Source: an uncultured Acidobacteriota bacterium
Lineage (GTDB): Bacteria; Acidobacteriota; UBA6911
Direction of reading: 5' to 3'
Assembly: GCA_963843575.1 (NCBI GenBank)
Contig: CAWJKZ010000010.1
Coordinates: 32,001-96,000 of the forward strand
DNA length: 64,000 bases
Shown: positions 1-10,758 of the stretch, piece after piece
Layout of the letters: every line of letters begins with the position of its first letter
Numbering within the stretch: the first letter of the stretch is position 1
Made by a program: the position numbers and the translations under genes
Notes under the pieces: model-generated
Seen by the model: the letters and a program-made list of their open reading frames with translations, nothing else
Databases searched by the model: none
What the model was told of the DNA's origin: nothing

Positions 1-1301
<1,301 letters not shown>

Positions 1302-1391
1302 TTATTTAATATCTGCGCGCCTGTGTGTCAAGTGTCAAAAACCGGAAGCGGAAGCCGGAAGGCGGCTCCCGGCTCCCGGCTTCCGTTTGTG

Positions 1392-2828
1392 CTAGCCCTT
1401 GATGACGCCGACGGGTCGGAGTCGCGCGACTTTCCGGCTGATCCCCGCGGAGACGACGGCGTCCACCACGTCGTGGATGTCTTTGTAGGCTTCGGGCATT
1501 TCTTCCGCGACGGTCCGGCGGCCCGATGCCATCAGGGTCACCCCTCGTTCTTTCATTTCGCCAAACAGGTCTCGTCCGCGTGCGTGCTTCAGCGCCTGGG
1601 TGCGGCTCTGGACGCGCCCGGCGCCGTGGCAGCTGCTGCCGAAAGTCTCCTGCATGGCGCGTGCGGTTCCGGCGAGGACATAGGAACCGGTTCCCATGTC
1701 GCCCGGGATGAGCACGGGTTGGCCCGTTTCGCGGTACGCTGCCGGGATCTGGGGAGATCCGGGCCCGAATGCTCGGGTCGCCCCCTTGCGGTGGACGCAC
1801 ACGAGCTGCTCGGTCCCGTCGATCGTGTGCCGTTCGAATTTCGCGATGTTGTGGCACACGTCGTAGACCAGCCCGAATCCCAACGTGCGCGGGTTTGTGT
1901 CGAGCGCCTCGAGCATGGCGCGCTCGGCCAGCCCCATCATGACCTGACGGTTGGCCCATGCGTAATTTGCGGCGCAGGACATCGCGGCGAGATAGCGGCG
2001 TCCCTCGTCGGAGTCGAGGGGGGCACATGCGAGCTGACGGTCGGGGACTTCGATGCCATACTTGCGCATGGCCTGCGCCACGACGCCGAGGTAATCGTCG
2101 CACACCTGGTACCCGAGCCCGCGGGAGCCGGAGTGGATGAAAACGGCAACCTGGCCTTCGCGCAGCCCGAACGCGTCCGCCACCGCGGGGTCGAAAATTT
2201 CCTCTACGACGTCTATTTCCAGGAAGTGATTGCCACTGCCCAGGGTGCCGACTTGTGTAGAACCGCGCTCCCTGGCCCGATCGCTCACCTGATCGCAGTC
2301 CGCACCCTCGAGGCAGCCCCCTTCTTCGGTATTCTCGAGGTCCTGGGCATTTCCGAACCCGCGTCCGACCGCCCATCGGGCGCCGTTTTCGAGCACGTCG
2401 CGCTGCTCAGAGCGCGACAGCCTGCTCACCGCCCCGGATGAGCCGACGCCAGCCGGAACGGCCCGGTACAGCGCCGTGACGATTTCTTTCATCTTCGGCT
2501 GTATATCGTGGAGGACCAGACCGGTCCTGATCAGTCGGACCCCTCAATTAATGTCGTAGCCGACCCCTCCCGGAGAGATGACGCCGTCTTGCGCGCTCAT
2601 GGCGGCCACGCCGCCGATGGGAAAGCCATATCCCCAGTGGATATCGGGCATCGCGATGGAGTACTTCACGATGCCGGGGAGGTGGGCAACATTGCGGACC
2701 TGCTGCACGCTCTCGTCGCTCTTTGGGTCGGCAAGCAGCTTCCGGGTGGCGTAGATCCTCCCGGGAACGCGCATGCCGCCGGTCTTGGGAATCTCCCAGA
2801 GGTAATCATGTATCTTCCGAATATCCAT
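1392..2828 (-). CDS. rtcB: RtcB RNA ligase (archease-dependent type), 478 aa if read through the in-frame TGA at 2544-2546 (putative Sec)
   Basis: ORFs 2544..2828 and 1392..2492 are in the same frame with no other stop between them. Motifs [60 protein letters not shown] and a terminal KG. AGGAG RBS upstream. Confidence 0.95.
2512..2528 (-). promoter_or_regulatory. Putative bacterial SECIS hairpin AGGACC-GGUCU-GGUCCU
   Basis: Perfect 6-bp stem begins 15 nt after the in-frame UGA. The loop starts with GG, 21 nt after UGA, and GGUCU matches the apical sequence of the E. coli fdhF SECIS. Confidence 0.7.
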
Positions 2829-2906
2829 GGTTCGACTCCTGACAGGGAGTGGGCCGCGGCGGCCCTCGCATCCTGCCTCTCCCGGCCGCTCATCCCGCCC
2901 ACCTGT

Positions 2907-3335
2907 TCAAATGTCCAGTATAACGGTCGCCCGCCATTCCCCGTCCACTTCCCCGACCTGGAGCTTGTGGTAGGTTACCGCCTTGACCTCTTGATATTCG
3001 CAGCCGGAGGCTTCCTCCCACGTCACGGCGAGCGGGACCGCGCGCAGCAAAGCGGGGCCGATCTCCATGGGTGAGGCGTCGACGAAGTACGCGTGCCGGA
3101 GGTGGAAGAGGCAGAGCAGTTCCTGGAGCCAGCGTACGAGGAGTTCCTCCCGGTCGGCGGCCTCGATGAACACGGGAGCGCAGGCGCAAGGGGCCCCGGC
3201 GGGGACGGGCCCGATCCACTCCATAAGGGCGCGGCCGGCCGCGGTGAAGAGCGCCTCGAGCGAGCATGCCCGGACCCGGATCCCCACGTCGGCGGCGTGA
3301 TCGAAGAAAGAGTAAGTGGCGGCGCCGTCTCCCAT
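2907..3335 (-). CDS. Archease
   Basis: N-terminal YSFFDHAADVG, C-terminal EVKAVTYH..ATVILDI; lies directly upstream of rtcB. Confidence 0.93.
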   Translation of the reverse strand: MGDGAATYSFFDHAADVGIRVRACSLEALFTAAGRALMEWIGPVPAGAPCACAPVFIEAADREELLVRWLQELLCLFHLRHAYFVDASPMEIGPALLRAVPLAVTWEEASGCEYQEVKAVTYHKLQVGEVDGEWRATVILDI

Positions 3336-3443
3336 GCAGGCATTGTACATTTCCGCGGGCGGGAGACCACGTCCAGATATCGTTTTATCGCCGGCCCGTC
3401 TGCTGGTACCTTAAGGGCCGTGACTACTCGCGCAATCACAGCC

Positions 3444-5651
3444 ATGCTCCTGGTTTTTGCCGCTGCGGCGGCATCCGGTCGCGTGGGGCAGGCGCAACAG
3501 GACCCGCTAAAGCTCAAGACGGTGCCGCCGGCAGAGCGCGTTCGAACTGAAATCCCGTACCGCGACGGCACAGTCGTACTGGTGTCCGACTTCCAGGAGC
3601 GGACCTCCAAGACGCGCTACCGCGCGCAGGGGAGCGTCGAGATTGCGTTCCAGGACATACGCATCACCTGCGACGAGGCGGAGTACGACGAGGAGACGCA
3701 GCAGGGGGAAACCCACGGGCAGACACGCTTCAGCCAGAACGCCCAGTGGCTCACCTGTTCTCGGGCGGAATTCGATTTCGGCAAGCAGACGGGGGTCTTT
3801 TACGACGCCAGCGGCTTCACGGACCGGGAGTTCCTCGTGCGTGGCAGCACTGTCCTGAAGACGGGCAAGGACAGGTACGTCGTGCGGGATGGTGCGATTA
3901 CGGCCTGCCCGGAGCGGCGTCCGAAGTGGTCGTTCGGCACCTCCAGCGCACGCGTGCGGGTCGACCACACGGCGAGACTCAGGAACATGGTGTTCAGGAT
4001 CAAAGGCGTTCCGGTCCTGTACCTGCCTTACCTGATCGTCCCTATGGAGGAGAAGAAGCGCAGTTCGGGGTTCATCCCCTTCCACACGGGCACCTCCACG
4101 TCGAAAGGGCGGCTCTTCAGCCAGGGGTATTACCAGACGCTGGGGCGCAGCGCCGACGCCACCCTGTATGCGGACTACTTCACGCTGCGGGGACTGGCCG
4201 TCGGGGGCATCCTGCGGGCACGGCCCAATCCCCGGACCCGGCTGTTTCTGCAGGCGTATGGTATCCGCGACCGGCTGGATCAGGGTGGCGCGCTGGTGAT
4301 CGCCGACGGCGAGAGCCAGTTCGAGAACGGGTTCCGCGCCGTGGCCCGGGTGAACATCACGACGAATTTCCGCTTCCGCCAGGCCTTCGCCGACACCTTC
4401 CGGTCCGCGACGATCCCGCAGGAGAACTCGGTCCTGTTTCTGACACGCAATCACGGCAGCCTTTCCACCAACTTCCTGTTTCAGCGGCACGAGGTGCTGT
4501 TCCCGGGCCGTTCGCTCGTGATGCGCAAGTCTCCTTCCATCGAGTTCTTCTCGCTCGGGACACCCGCCGGGAAGCTGCCGCTGTTGTTCTTCCTCCGGGC
4601 ATCGGCCGACGCCGTCTCGAGAATCGACAGCCGGATGGAGACACCGAAGATGGTGCAGCGGCTCGACCTGCACCCGCGGCTGGAAGTACGGCTGCCGGCG
4701 TTTGCCGGGTTCTCGCTCGTCCCCACGGCCGGGGTGCGGGAAACCTTCTACAGCGCCAGGATCGCGGACGAGGTCTCGTCCGAAGTTATCCCGCGCAGGC
4801 TGGAGCGCCGCTATGCGGAATTCGAGCTCGACCTGCGCACCCCGACAATCGAAAGGGACTTCGGCACCGGCGAAGGACGCCTGCGGCACGTCCTGGAACC
4901 GATGGTGACCTACCGCCGTATCTCCGGCATCGACAACCTCAGGGAGATCGTGCGGTTCGACGAGGAAGACGCGTTTGCCGACACCAACGAGGTGGAGTAC
5001 GGCGTCGTAAACCGCATCTTCCGGAAACGCGACCTCAAGCAGGGCGGCAGCCAGGATTACGAGCTGCTGTCGTTTGCCCTGGCCCAGAAGTATTTCTTCG
5101 ATCCCTCCTTCGGCGGGGCGTTCCGTCAGGGGGACTCCAACCAGTTCTACCCGCTGAATACCCTCACCGGTTTCTCGCTGACGGGGATCCAGAGAAACCT
5201 CGCGCCAACGAGCATGATACTCAGGGTCAACCCACTGAGAGGCATTTCCTACGACGTGCGTTCCGACTTCGACAGCCGGCTGCAGAGTTTTCGCGACGCC
5301 AGCGTCTCGGCGCTGTGGCAGCAGGAAAAGGTGTTCGTGGCGGGCACCTACTTCCTCACCCGCGCTCTGGAGCCCGGGATGCTGGAGAGCAACCACGTCC
5401 AGGGGCAGGCGGGATACGGGTCGATGTTGCGGGGTTTTTCGGGAAGCGTAACCCTCAGCTATAATATCCAGTCCAAGCAACTGCTGAACAGTCACACCCG
5501 GATGAGCTACATGTGGGACTGTTGCGGCCTCGCCATGGAATTCCAGCAGTTCGATCTGGGGCTCCGGACCGAGAGCCGGTTCAGCTTTTCCTTCACGCTC
5601 AAAGGCATCGGGAGTTTCGGCAACCTGAAGCGACCCGAGAGCCTGTTCTGA
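3444..5651 (+). CDS. lptD: LPS assembly outer-membrane protein LptD
   Basis: Signal peptide, OstA-like N-domain (ITCDEAEYD, ITAC..PKW, LYLPYL, SGFIP), beta-barrel body, C-terminal WDCCG..FSFSFTLKGIG. Start is uncertain (GTG 3420 possible). Confidence 0.88.
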   Translation: MLLVFAAAAASGRVGQAQQDPLKLKTVPPAERVRTEIPYRDGTVVLVSDFQERTSKTRYRAQGSVEIAFQDIRITCDEAEYDEETQQGETHGQTRFSQNAQWLTCSRAEFDFGKQTGVFYDASGFTDREFLVRGSTVLKTGKDRYVVRDGAITACPERRPKWSFGTSSARVRVDHTARLRNMVFRIKGVPVLYLPYLIVPMEEKKRSSGFIPFHTGTSTSKGRLFSQGYYQTLGRSADATLYADYFTLRGLAVGGILRARPNPRTRLFLQAYGIRDRLDQGGALVIADGESQFENGFRAVARVNITTNFRFRQAFADTFRSATIPQENSVLFLTRNHGSLSTNFLFQRHEVLFPGRSLVMRKSPSIEFFSLGTPAGKLPLLFFLRASADAVSRIDSRMETPKMVQRLDLHPRLEVRLPAFAGFSLVPTAGVRETFYSARIADEVSSEVIPRRLERRYAEFELDLRTPTIERDFGTGEGRLRHVLEPMVTYRRISGIDNLREIVRFDEEDAFADTNEVEYGVVNRIFRKRDLKQGGSQDYELLSFALAQKYFFDPSFGGAFRQGDSNQFYPLNTLTGFSLTGIQRNLAPTSMILRVNPLRGISYDVRSDFDSRLQSFRDASVSALWQQEKVFVAGTYFLTRALEPGMLESNHVQGQAGYGSMLRGFSGSVTLSYNIQSKQLLNSHTRMSYMWDCCGLAMEFQQFDLGLRTESRFSFSFTLKGIGSFGNLKRPESLF

Positions 5652-5680
5652 AGAAGCGCCAGCGAGTGAGTGTCGCGACC

Positions 5681-6178
5681 ATGGTTACGGTCTACCTGTC
5701 GGCGGGATCAAACCTCGGGGACCGGAAAGCCTATCTCCGGCGTGGTCTCGAGTTCCTGAGCGCCTCGGACGTCGTGCCATCCCGGCGCTCGTCCACATTC
5801 GAAACGGAACCTGTCGGCTACCTCGACCAGCCGTGGTTCCTGAACCTTGTGGTCGAGGCCCGCACCGACCTCCCGCCGGAAGCAGTGCTGCGTGCCTGCC
5901 TCTCGGCCGAGCGTGCCGAAGGGCGGACGCGTGATTTCCGCAACGCGCCACGAACGCTCGACCTGGACATCCTGCTGTACGGGGATGTCGTGCTCGACAC
6001 CCCAGGCCTGACCCTCCCGCACAAAAGGCTCCCTGAGCGCCGGTTCGTTCTGGAGCCGCTGGCGCAGCTGGCGCCCGAGTTGATACACCCAGTCTTGAAA
6101 CTCAGCATCCGGTCCCTGCTGGCGTGTTGCCCCGACCGGTCCACGGTACGCCCCTATCACCCCGGAGAGCGCCGCTGA
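5681..6178 (+). CDS. folK: 2-amino-4-hydroxy-6-hydroxymethyldihydropteridine diphosphokinase
   Basis: YLSAGSNLGDR, ETEPVG..QPWFLN, PRTLDLDIL, LPH..ERRFVLEPL. Confidence 0.95.
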   Translation: MVTVYLSAGSNLGDRKAYLRRGLEFLSASDVVPSRRSSTFETEPVGYLDQPWFLNLVVEARTDLPPEAVLRACLSAERAEGRTRDFRNAPRTLDLDILLYGDVVLDTPGLTLPHKRLPERRFVLEPLAQLAPELIHPVLKLSIRSLLACCPDRSTVRPYHPGERR

Positions 6179-6822
6179 TGCAATCGTACATCGCCATCGA
6201 AGGCCCCATAGGGGTCGGCAAGACGTCCCTCGCCGAGTCGTTCCGCAGGGACATGAGCGCCGAAGTCGTGCTGGATGTCTTCGACAACCCTTTTCTGGCG
6301 GATTTCTACCGCGACCGACCGGCGGCGGCCTTCAAAACCCAGATGTTTTTCCTGGCAACCCGCTTCCAGCAGCAGGACGCCCTGCGCAAAGCGGCGCCCA
6401 GCGGGCCGATCCGGGTGAGCGACTACTTGTTCGCACGTGACAAGATATTCGCGTACCTGAACCTCGACGACCACGAGATCCTGGTGTACGACAGGCTGTT
6501 CGCGGCCCTCAGCCCTTACGCTCCCGTGCCGGATCTCGTGGTTTACCTGAACGCCCCGCGCGAAGTCCTGCTCGAACGCGTGCGGCGCCGGAATGTGCAG
6601 TTCGAAGCGAAGATCTCCGAAGATTACGTCGATGACCTGATCCGCGCCTACGACCACTTCTTCTTCCACTACCGGGACACACCCCTGTTGATCGTTAACA
6701 CCACCGAGATAGACTTCGTGGAAAACGCCGAAGACCTGCGCGCCCTCCAGCAACGCATCACCGCGGGCACCGTGAGGGGCGTCGAGTATTACCACCCCAT
6801 CCGCAAACGTCGCCGCGGCTGA
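6178..6822 (+). CDS. Deoxynucleoside kinase
   Basis: YIAIEGPIGVGKT P-loop, TQMFFL..RFQQ, PDLVVYL; TGATG overlap with folK. Confidence 0.9.
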   Translation: MQSYIAIEGPIGVGKTSLAESFRRDMSAEVVLDVFDNPFLADFYRDRPAAAFKTQMFFLATRFQQQDALRKAAPSGPIRVSDYLFARDKIFAYLNLDDHEILVYDRLFAALSPYAPVPDLVVYLNAPREVLLERVRRRNVQFEAKISEDYVDDLIRAYDHFFFHYRDTPLLIVNTTEIDFVENAEDLRALQQRITAGTVRGVEYYHPIRKRRRG

Positions 6823-6893
6823 TGGGGAGCGCAAGCCGGGATCCCGCCTAGTTACTTTAAAATCAGTGGCTTTTCCGCTATGATGTTTCACTC

Positions 6894-7748
6894 ATGGAGA
6901 TAGTCAATCGCGTCTCGCGGATGTCTTCGATAGCCACGAAGGTCATCGCTGGAGATGTCAAGATCGGGCTCGTCTCCACTATGGGGGCCATCCACCCCGG
7001 CCACCTCAGCCTGATCCAGACCGCGCGCAAGATGACCGACCTGGTGGTGGTCTCCATCTTCGTCAACCGCCTCCAGTTTCTCGGCAGCGAGGAATACCAG
7101 AACTACCCCCGGGACATAACCAAGGACGTGGACCTGCTGCGGCAGGAAGAGGTGGACTACATCTTCACACCGCCCGAAGAGGAAATGTACCCGGAGGATT
7201 TCTCGTCTTACGTCGAGGTCGAGAACTTCGGCACGAAGCTGCCGATCCTGCACCGCAGCACCTATTTTCGCGGCATGACGACCAGCGTGCTCAAGATGAT
7301 CAACATTGTGAAGCCGGCGTTTATCTTCTTCGGGCAGAAGGATGGACTGCAAGGCGCAATCCTGAGGAAGATGATCCGGGATTTAAACATCAACACCGAG
7401 GTGGTGGTCACGCCGGTGGTCCGCGACGCCTCAGGTCTGGCGTATGCCGCGCGCAACTATTTCCTGATGCCGAATCAGAGGATGTCGGCGGCGATAATTC
7501 ACCGGGCGTTGCAGGCCGCCGACGCGGTCATCAGCGCGGGCGAGACCCAGGTCAAGAAGATCGTGCGGGAGATTGCGGCTGTCATCGAGTCCGAACCCGA
7601 AGCAACGCTGGAATATGCCGTCGTTGCCGACCCGGAAACGCTGGAACCCCTCAACAAGCTCGAGGGGGGAGCCCTGATCGCGGTGGGGGCGAAGATCGGC
7701 AACACCTCGCTGAACGACTCCCTCCTGCTCGAAAAACCTGCCAAGTAG
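6894..7748 (+). CDS. panC: Pantoate-beta-alanine ligase-like protein (divergent motifs)
   Basis: TMGAIHPGHLSL, SIFVN.LQF, YPRD...D, FGQKD, VRDASGLA. Confidence 0.8.
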   Translation: MEIVNRVSRMSSIATKVIAGDVKIGLVSTMGAIHPGHLSLIQTARKMTDLVVVSIFVNRLQFLGSEEYQNYPRDITKDVDLLRQEEVDYIFTPPEEEMYPEDFSSYVEVENFGTKLPILHRSTYFRGMTTSVLKMINIVKPAFIFFGQKDGLQGAILRKMIRDLNINTEVVVTPVVRDASGLAYAARNYFLMPNQRMSAAIIHRALQAADAVISAGETQVKKIVREIAAVIESEPEATLEYAVVADPETLEPLNKLEGGALIAVGAKIGNTSLNDSLLLEKPAK

Positions 7749-7874
7749 CTGATTTGCGGATGGTTACCCCGTTGCATGCGAGCGGAACTGTGATATCTTG
7801 ATGAGAAGAAAATTTCAGTCCTTGAGCTTCCGCACTAAAGTGGGGCAGCTCGGGGGCGATAAGTACAGAGGAGG

Positions 7875-9372
7875 ATGAAGCTTGTTGTCCCGCCGCCTGC
7901 GAACGTCGCTTGCACTTGTTATTACCTTTTCGGCTTTCCTGCTCCCCGATCTTCACCGTTCAGCTACACGCGGGTTCGCTCGAGACAATCCAAACAAAGG
8001 TTGCCCAGTTTTCAAGGCGGCCCGGCGTCCGCTCGGCCGACTGGGGCATTGAAATCATCGATCCTGCGAGCAAGGACGTTCTGTTGTCCGTAAATGCGGA
8101 CAAGACCTTCCTGCCGGCTTCGGTTCTGAAGGTGGTGACGACGGCGGCGGCGCTCGAAAAGCTCGGACCCGACTTCCGTTTTCGGACCGGGGTCTACACC
8201 AACGGGAGCGTATCACCCGACGGGACCGTTAATGGCGACATCATCCTCGTCGGGAAGAGGGGATCCGAATCTCGTGGACCCCTACGGCGACCTGCTCGAG
8301 AAGCCGGCCATGCAGGAACTGGCGGAGAAACTGCAGGGCCTGGGCATCCGCAAAGTGACCGGCAACGTCATCGGGGACGACAGTTACTTCGAGTTCACCA
8401 CCCACGGCAAGGGATGGACGGCCCAGGACCTGAAAACGGTGTACGGGGCTCCTATCAACGCGCTGAGCATCAACAACAACGTGTTTTGGGTGCACGCGCG
8501 TCCCACGCGGTCCCGCCAGCTCGTCGCGGTCTCGGTGGAGCCGCGGACGTCGTATCTTCGGATTCGCAACCTTGCGACGACCGGCGGCCGGCGCAGCCGG
8601 CGCACGTTGTTTGCCCGGGTGATCCCGGGGACCCGAACGCTGGTGGTTACCGGTGTGCTCCCGGCGTCTTCGGGGTACAGCCAGTACCTCCTGCTCGAAA
8701 AACCAGCCGAAGCGACCGCCTGTCCTGCTTAAGGAAGACCTTGAGCGCCAAGGGATACGCGTCGAGGGCTCGATCGACACCCTTCACCACGGGGAAATCG
8801 CCCCCTCGGCACGACTCGGCTGGAAGCTGCTGGCGGAGCACCAGTCGCCGCCGCTCGTGCGGGCGCTCGAGATCATCAACAAGCGCAGCCAGAACCTGCA
8901 CGCCGAGATGCTGCTGCGCACCCTCGGGGCCGAGTTCGGGCACGCCGGCACCGACGGGGCGGGCCTCCAGGTGGTCAGGGCTTTTCTGGTCGAGTCCGGC
9001 ATACACAGCGGGCAGCTGAGCCTGAACGACGGCTGCGGTCTGTCGCGCGACAACCTTGTGACGCCGCGCTTCCAGACGTCCCTCCTGCTGTACCTGTCGA
9101 CGCGTCCCTACTTCGACCTGTTCCTGAACACGCTGGCCGTGAGCGGAACCGACGGCACGCTGCGCCACCGTCTCGGTTCGCCGCAGATGCGTGGGGTAAT
9201 CCATGCCAAGACCGGGACTTTGAACGGCGTGTCGAACCTGTCCGGCTACATGACGACCAAGTCGGGCCGCAGCCTTGTGTTCAGCATTTTTGCGAACAAC
9301 GTCCGCGCCTCGATGGCCCGCGTGCGCAAGACCATCGACGAAATCTGTTCGCTCTTCGTCAACCTCTACTGA
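7875..9372 (+). CDS. dacB: D-Ala-D-Ala carboxypeptidase/endopeptidase (PBP4, peptidase S13), about 3 frameshifts
   Basis: PASVLK (SxxK), GDPNL, SQN (SxN), DGCGLSR and KTGTL are spread across frames; shifts near 7915, 8257 and 8722. Confidence 0.85.
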
Positions 9373-9373
9373 G

Positions 9374-9619
9374 ATGAGTATCCGGGTTCTTTTTTTTGCC
9401 ACCCTCGCGGATGCTGCCGGCCGGGCCGAGTTGGACCTCGACGGCTCCGGGTGCGCCAACGTCGGCGCATTGTTCGCGCGGCTGGCCAGGGAGTTTCCCC
9501 GCCTTGAAACCCATCGTCACACGGCACTGTGCGCGCTCAACTCGGAGTTTGCGCGACCCGAATCTCCCGTGAGCGACGGCGACGAGGTGGCCTTCTTCCC
9601 CCCGGTGAGCGGAGGGTAG
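9374..9619 (+). CDS. moaD: Molybdopterin synthase sulfur carrier
   Basis: VLFFA..DGDEVAFFPPVSGG C-terminus. Confidence 0.93.
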   Translation: MSIRVLFFATLADAAGRAELDLDGSGCANVGALFARLAREFPRLETHRHTALCALNSEFARPESPVSDGDEVAFFPPVSGG

Positions 9620-10030
9620 ATGTTTCGCCTGGTGCGGGAACCTGTGGACGTCGCGGCGCTCCGCGATAGCCTGCTCCGCCCGGAAGACGGTGCCGTGACC
9701 GTGTTCGAGGGGGTAGTCCGGAACCACGCGCGCGGGAAACAGGTGCTGTATCTCGAGTACCACGCTTACGAATCGATGGCGCTGCGGCAGATGGAGCAGA
9801 TCGCCTGCGAGGCTAGAAAGCGCTTCGATATCCGCGACATCGGAGTGGTGCACCGCTTGGGCAGGCTGGAGCACGGCGAGTGCAGCGTGGCGATCGTCGT
9901 GGTCTCGGCACATCGCGGGCCGGCGTTCGAAGCGTGCCGATTCGCCATCGACACCCTCAAAAAAACGGTTCCGATCTGGAAAAAGGAGTTCTACGAGGAC
10001 GGCGAGGTCTGGATCGAGGGCTCTGCTTAA
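9620..10030 (+). CDS. moaE: Molybdopterin synthase catalytic subunit
   Basis: GVVRNH, LEYHAY, HRLG, HR..AF, LKKTVPIWKKE. Confidence 0.95.
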   Translation: MFRLVREPVDVAALRDSLLRPEDGAVTVFEGVVRNHARGKQVLYLEYHAYESMALRQMEQIACEARKRFDIRDIGVVHRLGRLEHGECSVAIVVVSAHRGPAFEACRFAIDTLKKTVPIWKKEFYEDGEVWIEGSA

Positions 10031-10069
10031 GAGGCCGCGAAAAGCAACAGCAACAACTCGCCACGGAAT

Positions 10070-10121
10070 CCCAATCCTTCCTTCCGTGTCCTCCGGTCTT
10101 CTTCCGTGTCTTCCGTGTCGA
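10070..10121. repeat. Short tandem CTTCCGTGTC repeats between convergent moaE and recR
   Basis: TTCCGTGTC occurs three times, with a complementary CACGGAA just upstream (about 10062). Confidence 0.5.
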
Positions 10122-10158
10122 GTTTTTTTGCCTGTGCCCCCCTCAAAAACCACTCCCC

Positions 10159-10758
10159 CTACAACTCGTGCCGGTGTTCGAGCGCCTTGGACATGGTCAC
10201 CTCGTCGGCAAACTCGAGGTCGCTTCCCACCGGGACTCCCAGGGCGATCCGGCTCACCTTCACCCCGATCGGTTTAAGCAGGCGGGCAAGATAAATCGCG
10301 GTCGCCTCCCCTTCGACGTTCGGGTTCGTGGCCAGGATGATCTCCCGCACGTTTCCTTCCCGCAGTCTCTCCAGCAGGTTCTTCAGCCTGAGTTCCTCGG
10401 GGCCAATGCCGTTGATCGGGGAAAGGGCGCCGTGCAGCACGTGATACTGCCCGCGGTATTCCCGGGTCCTTTCGATCGAGAGGATGTCGTGCGGCTCTTC
10501 GACAACGCAAATCGTCTCCGGGGAGCGTGATGGACTGCTGCAATAGCCGCAGGGATCTCGATCGGCGAAGTTGTTGCAGCGTGAGCAGTACCGGATCTTG
10601 TCCTTGACCTCGATGATGGCGCGGCTCAGGCTTTCGGCATCCTCCCTGGGCCGGCGCAGGATCGAGTAGGCGAGACGCTGGGCAGTCTTCGAGCCGATCC
10701 CGGGGAGCTTGCGAAACTGCTCGATGAGCCTTTCGATCGGCTCGGCGTAGTCGCTCAT
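10159..10758 (-). CDS. recR: Recombination mediator RecR
   Basis: [12 protein letters not shown]4 zinc finger, [29 protein letters not shown]. Confidence 0.97.
   Translation of the reverse strand: MSDYAEPIERLIEQFRKLPGIGSKTAQRLAYSILRRPREDAESLSRAIIEVKDKIRYCSRCNNFADRDPCGYCSSPSRSPETICVVEEPHDILSIERTREYRGQYHVLHGALSPINGIGPEELRLKNLLERLREGNVREIILATNPNVEGEATAIYLARLLKPIGVKVSRIALGVPVGSDLEFADEVTMSKALEHRHEL

Noticed and set aside
1325-1338. CtsR or CIRCE heat-shock operator upstream of groEL
   Set aside because: The tandem heptamer lacks the CtsR spacing and there is no TTAGCACTC-N9-GAGTGCTAA; at most a -35 element.
2544-2546. Genome-wide UGA reassignment (Trp/Gly code)
   Set aside because: Many genes here end at TGA at the expected C-terminus (folK, dnaX, argG, lptD), so UGA is normally a stop.
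1392-2828. rtcB as a split gene, frameshift or intein-containing gene
   Set aside because: Both halves are in one frame with a single TGA and no inserted sequence. Known RtcB inteins insert at this Asn-Cys junction, but none is present here.
3507-5495. Long antisense or alternate-frame ORFs (also 18248-20419, 26291-27712, 28212-29816, 41734-43893)
   Set aside because: Shadow ORFs of high-GC genes with no recognisable motifs, lying opposite well-supported CDSs.
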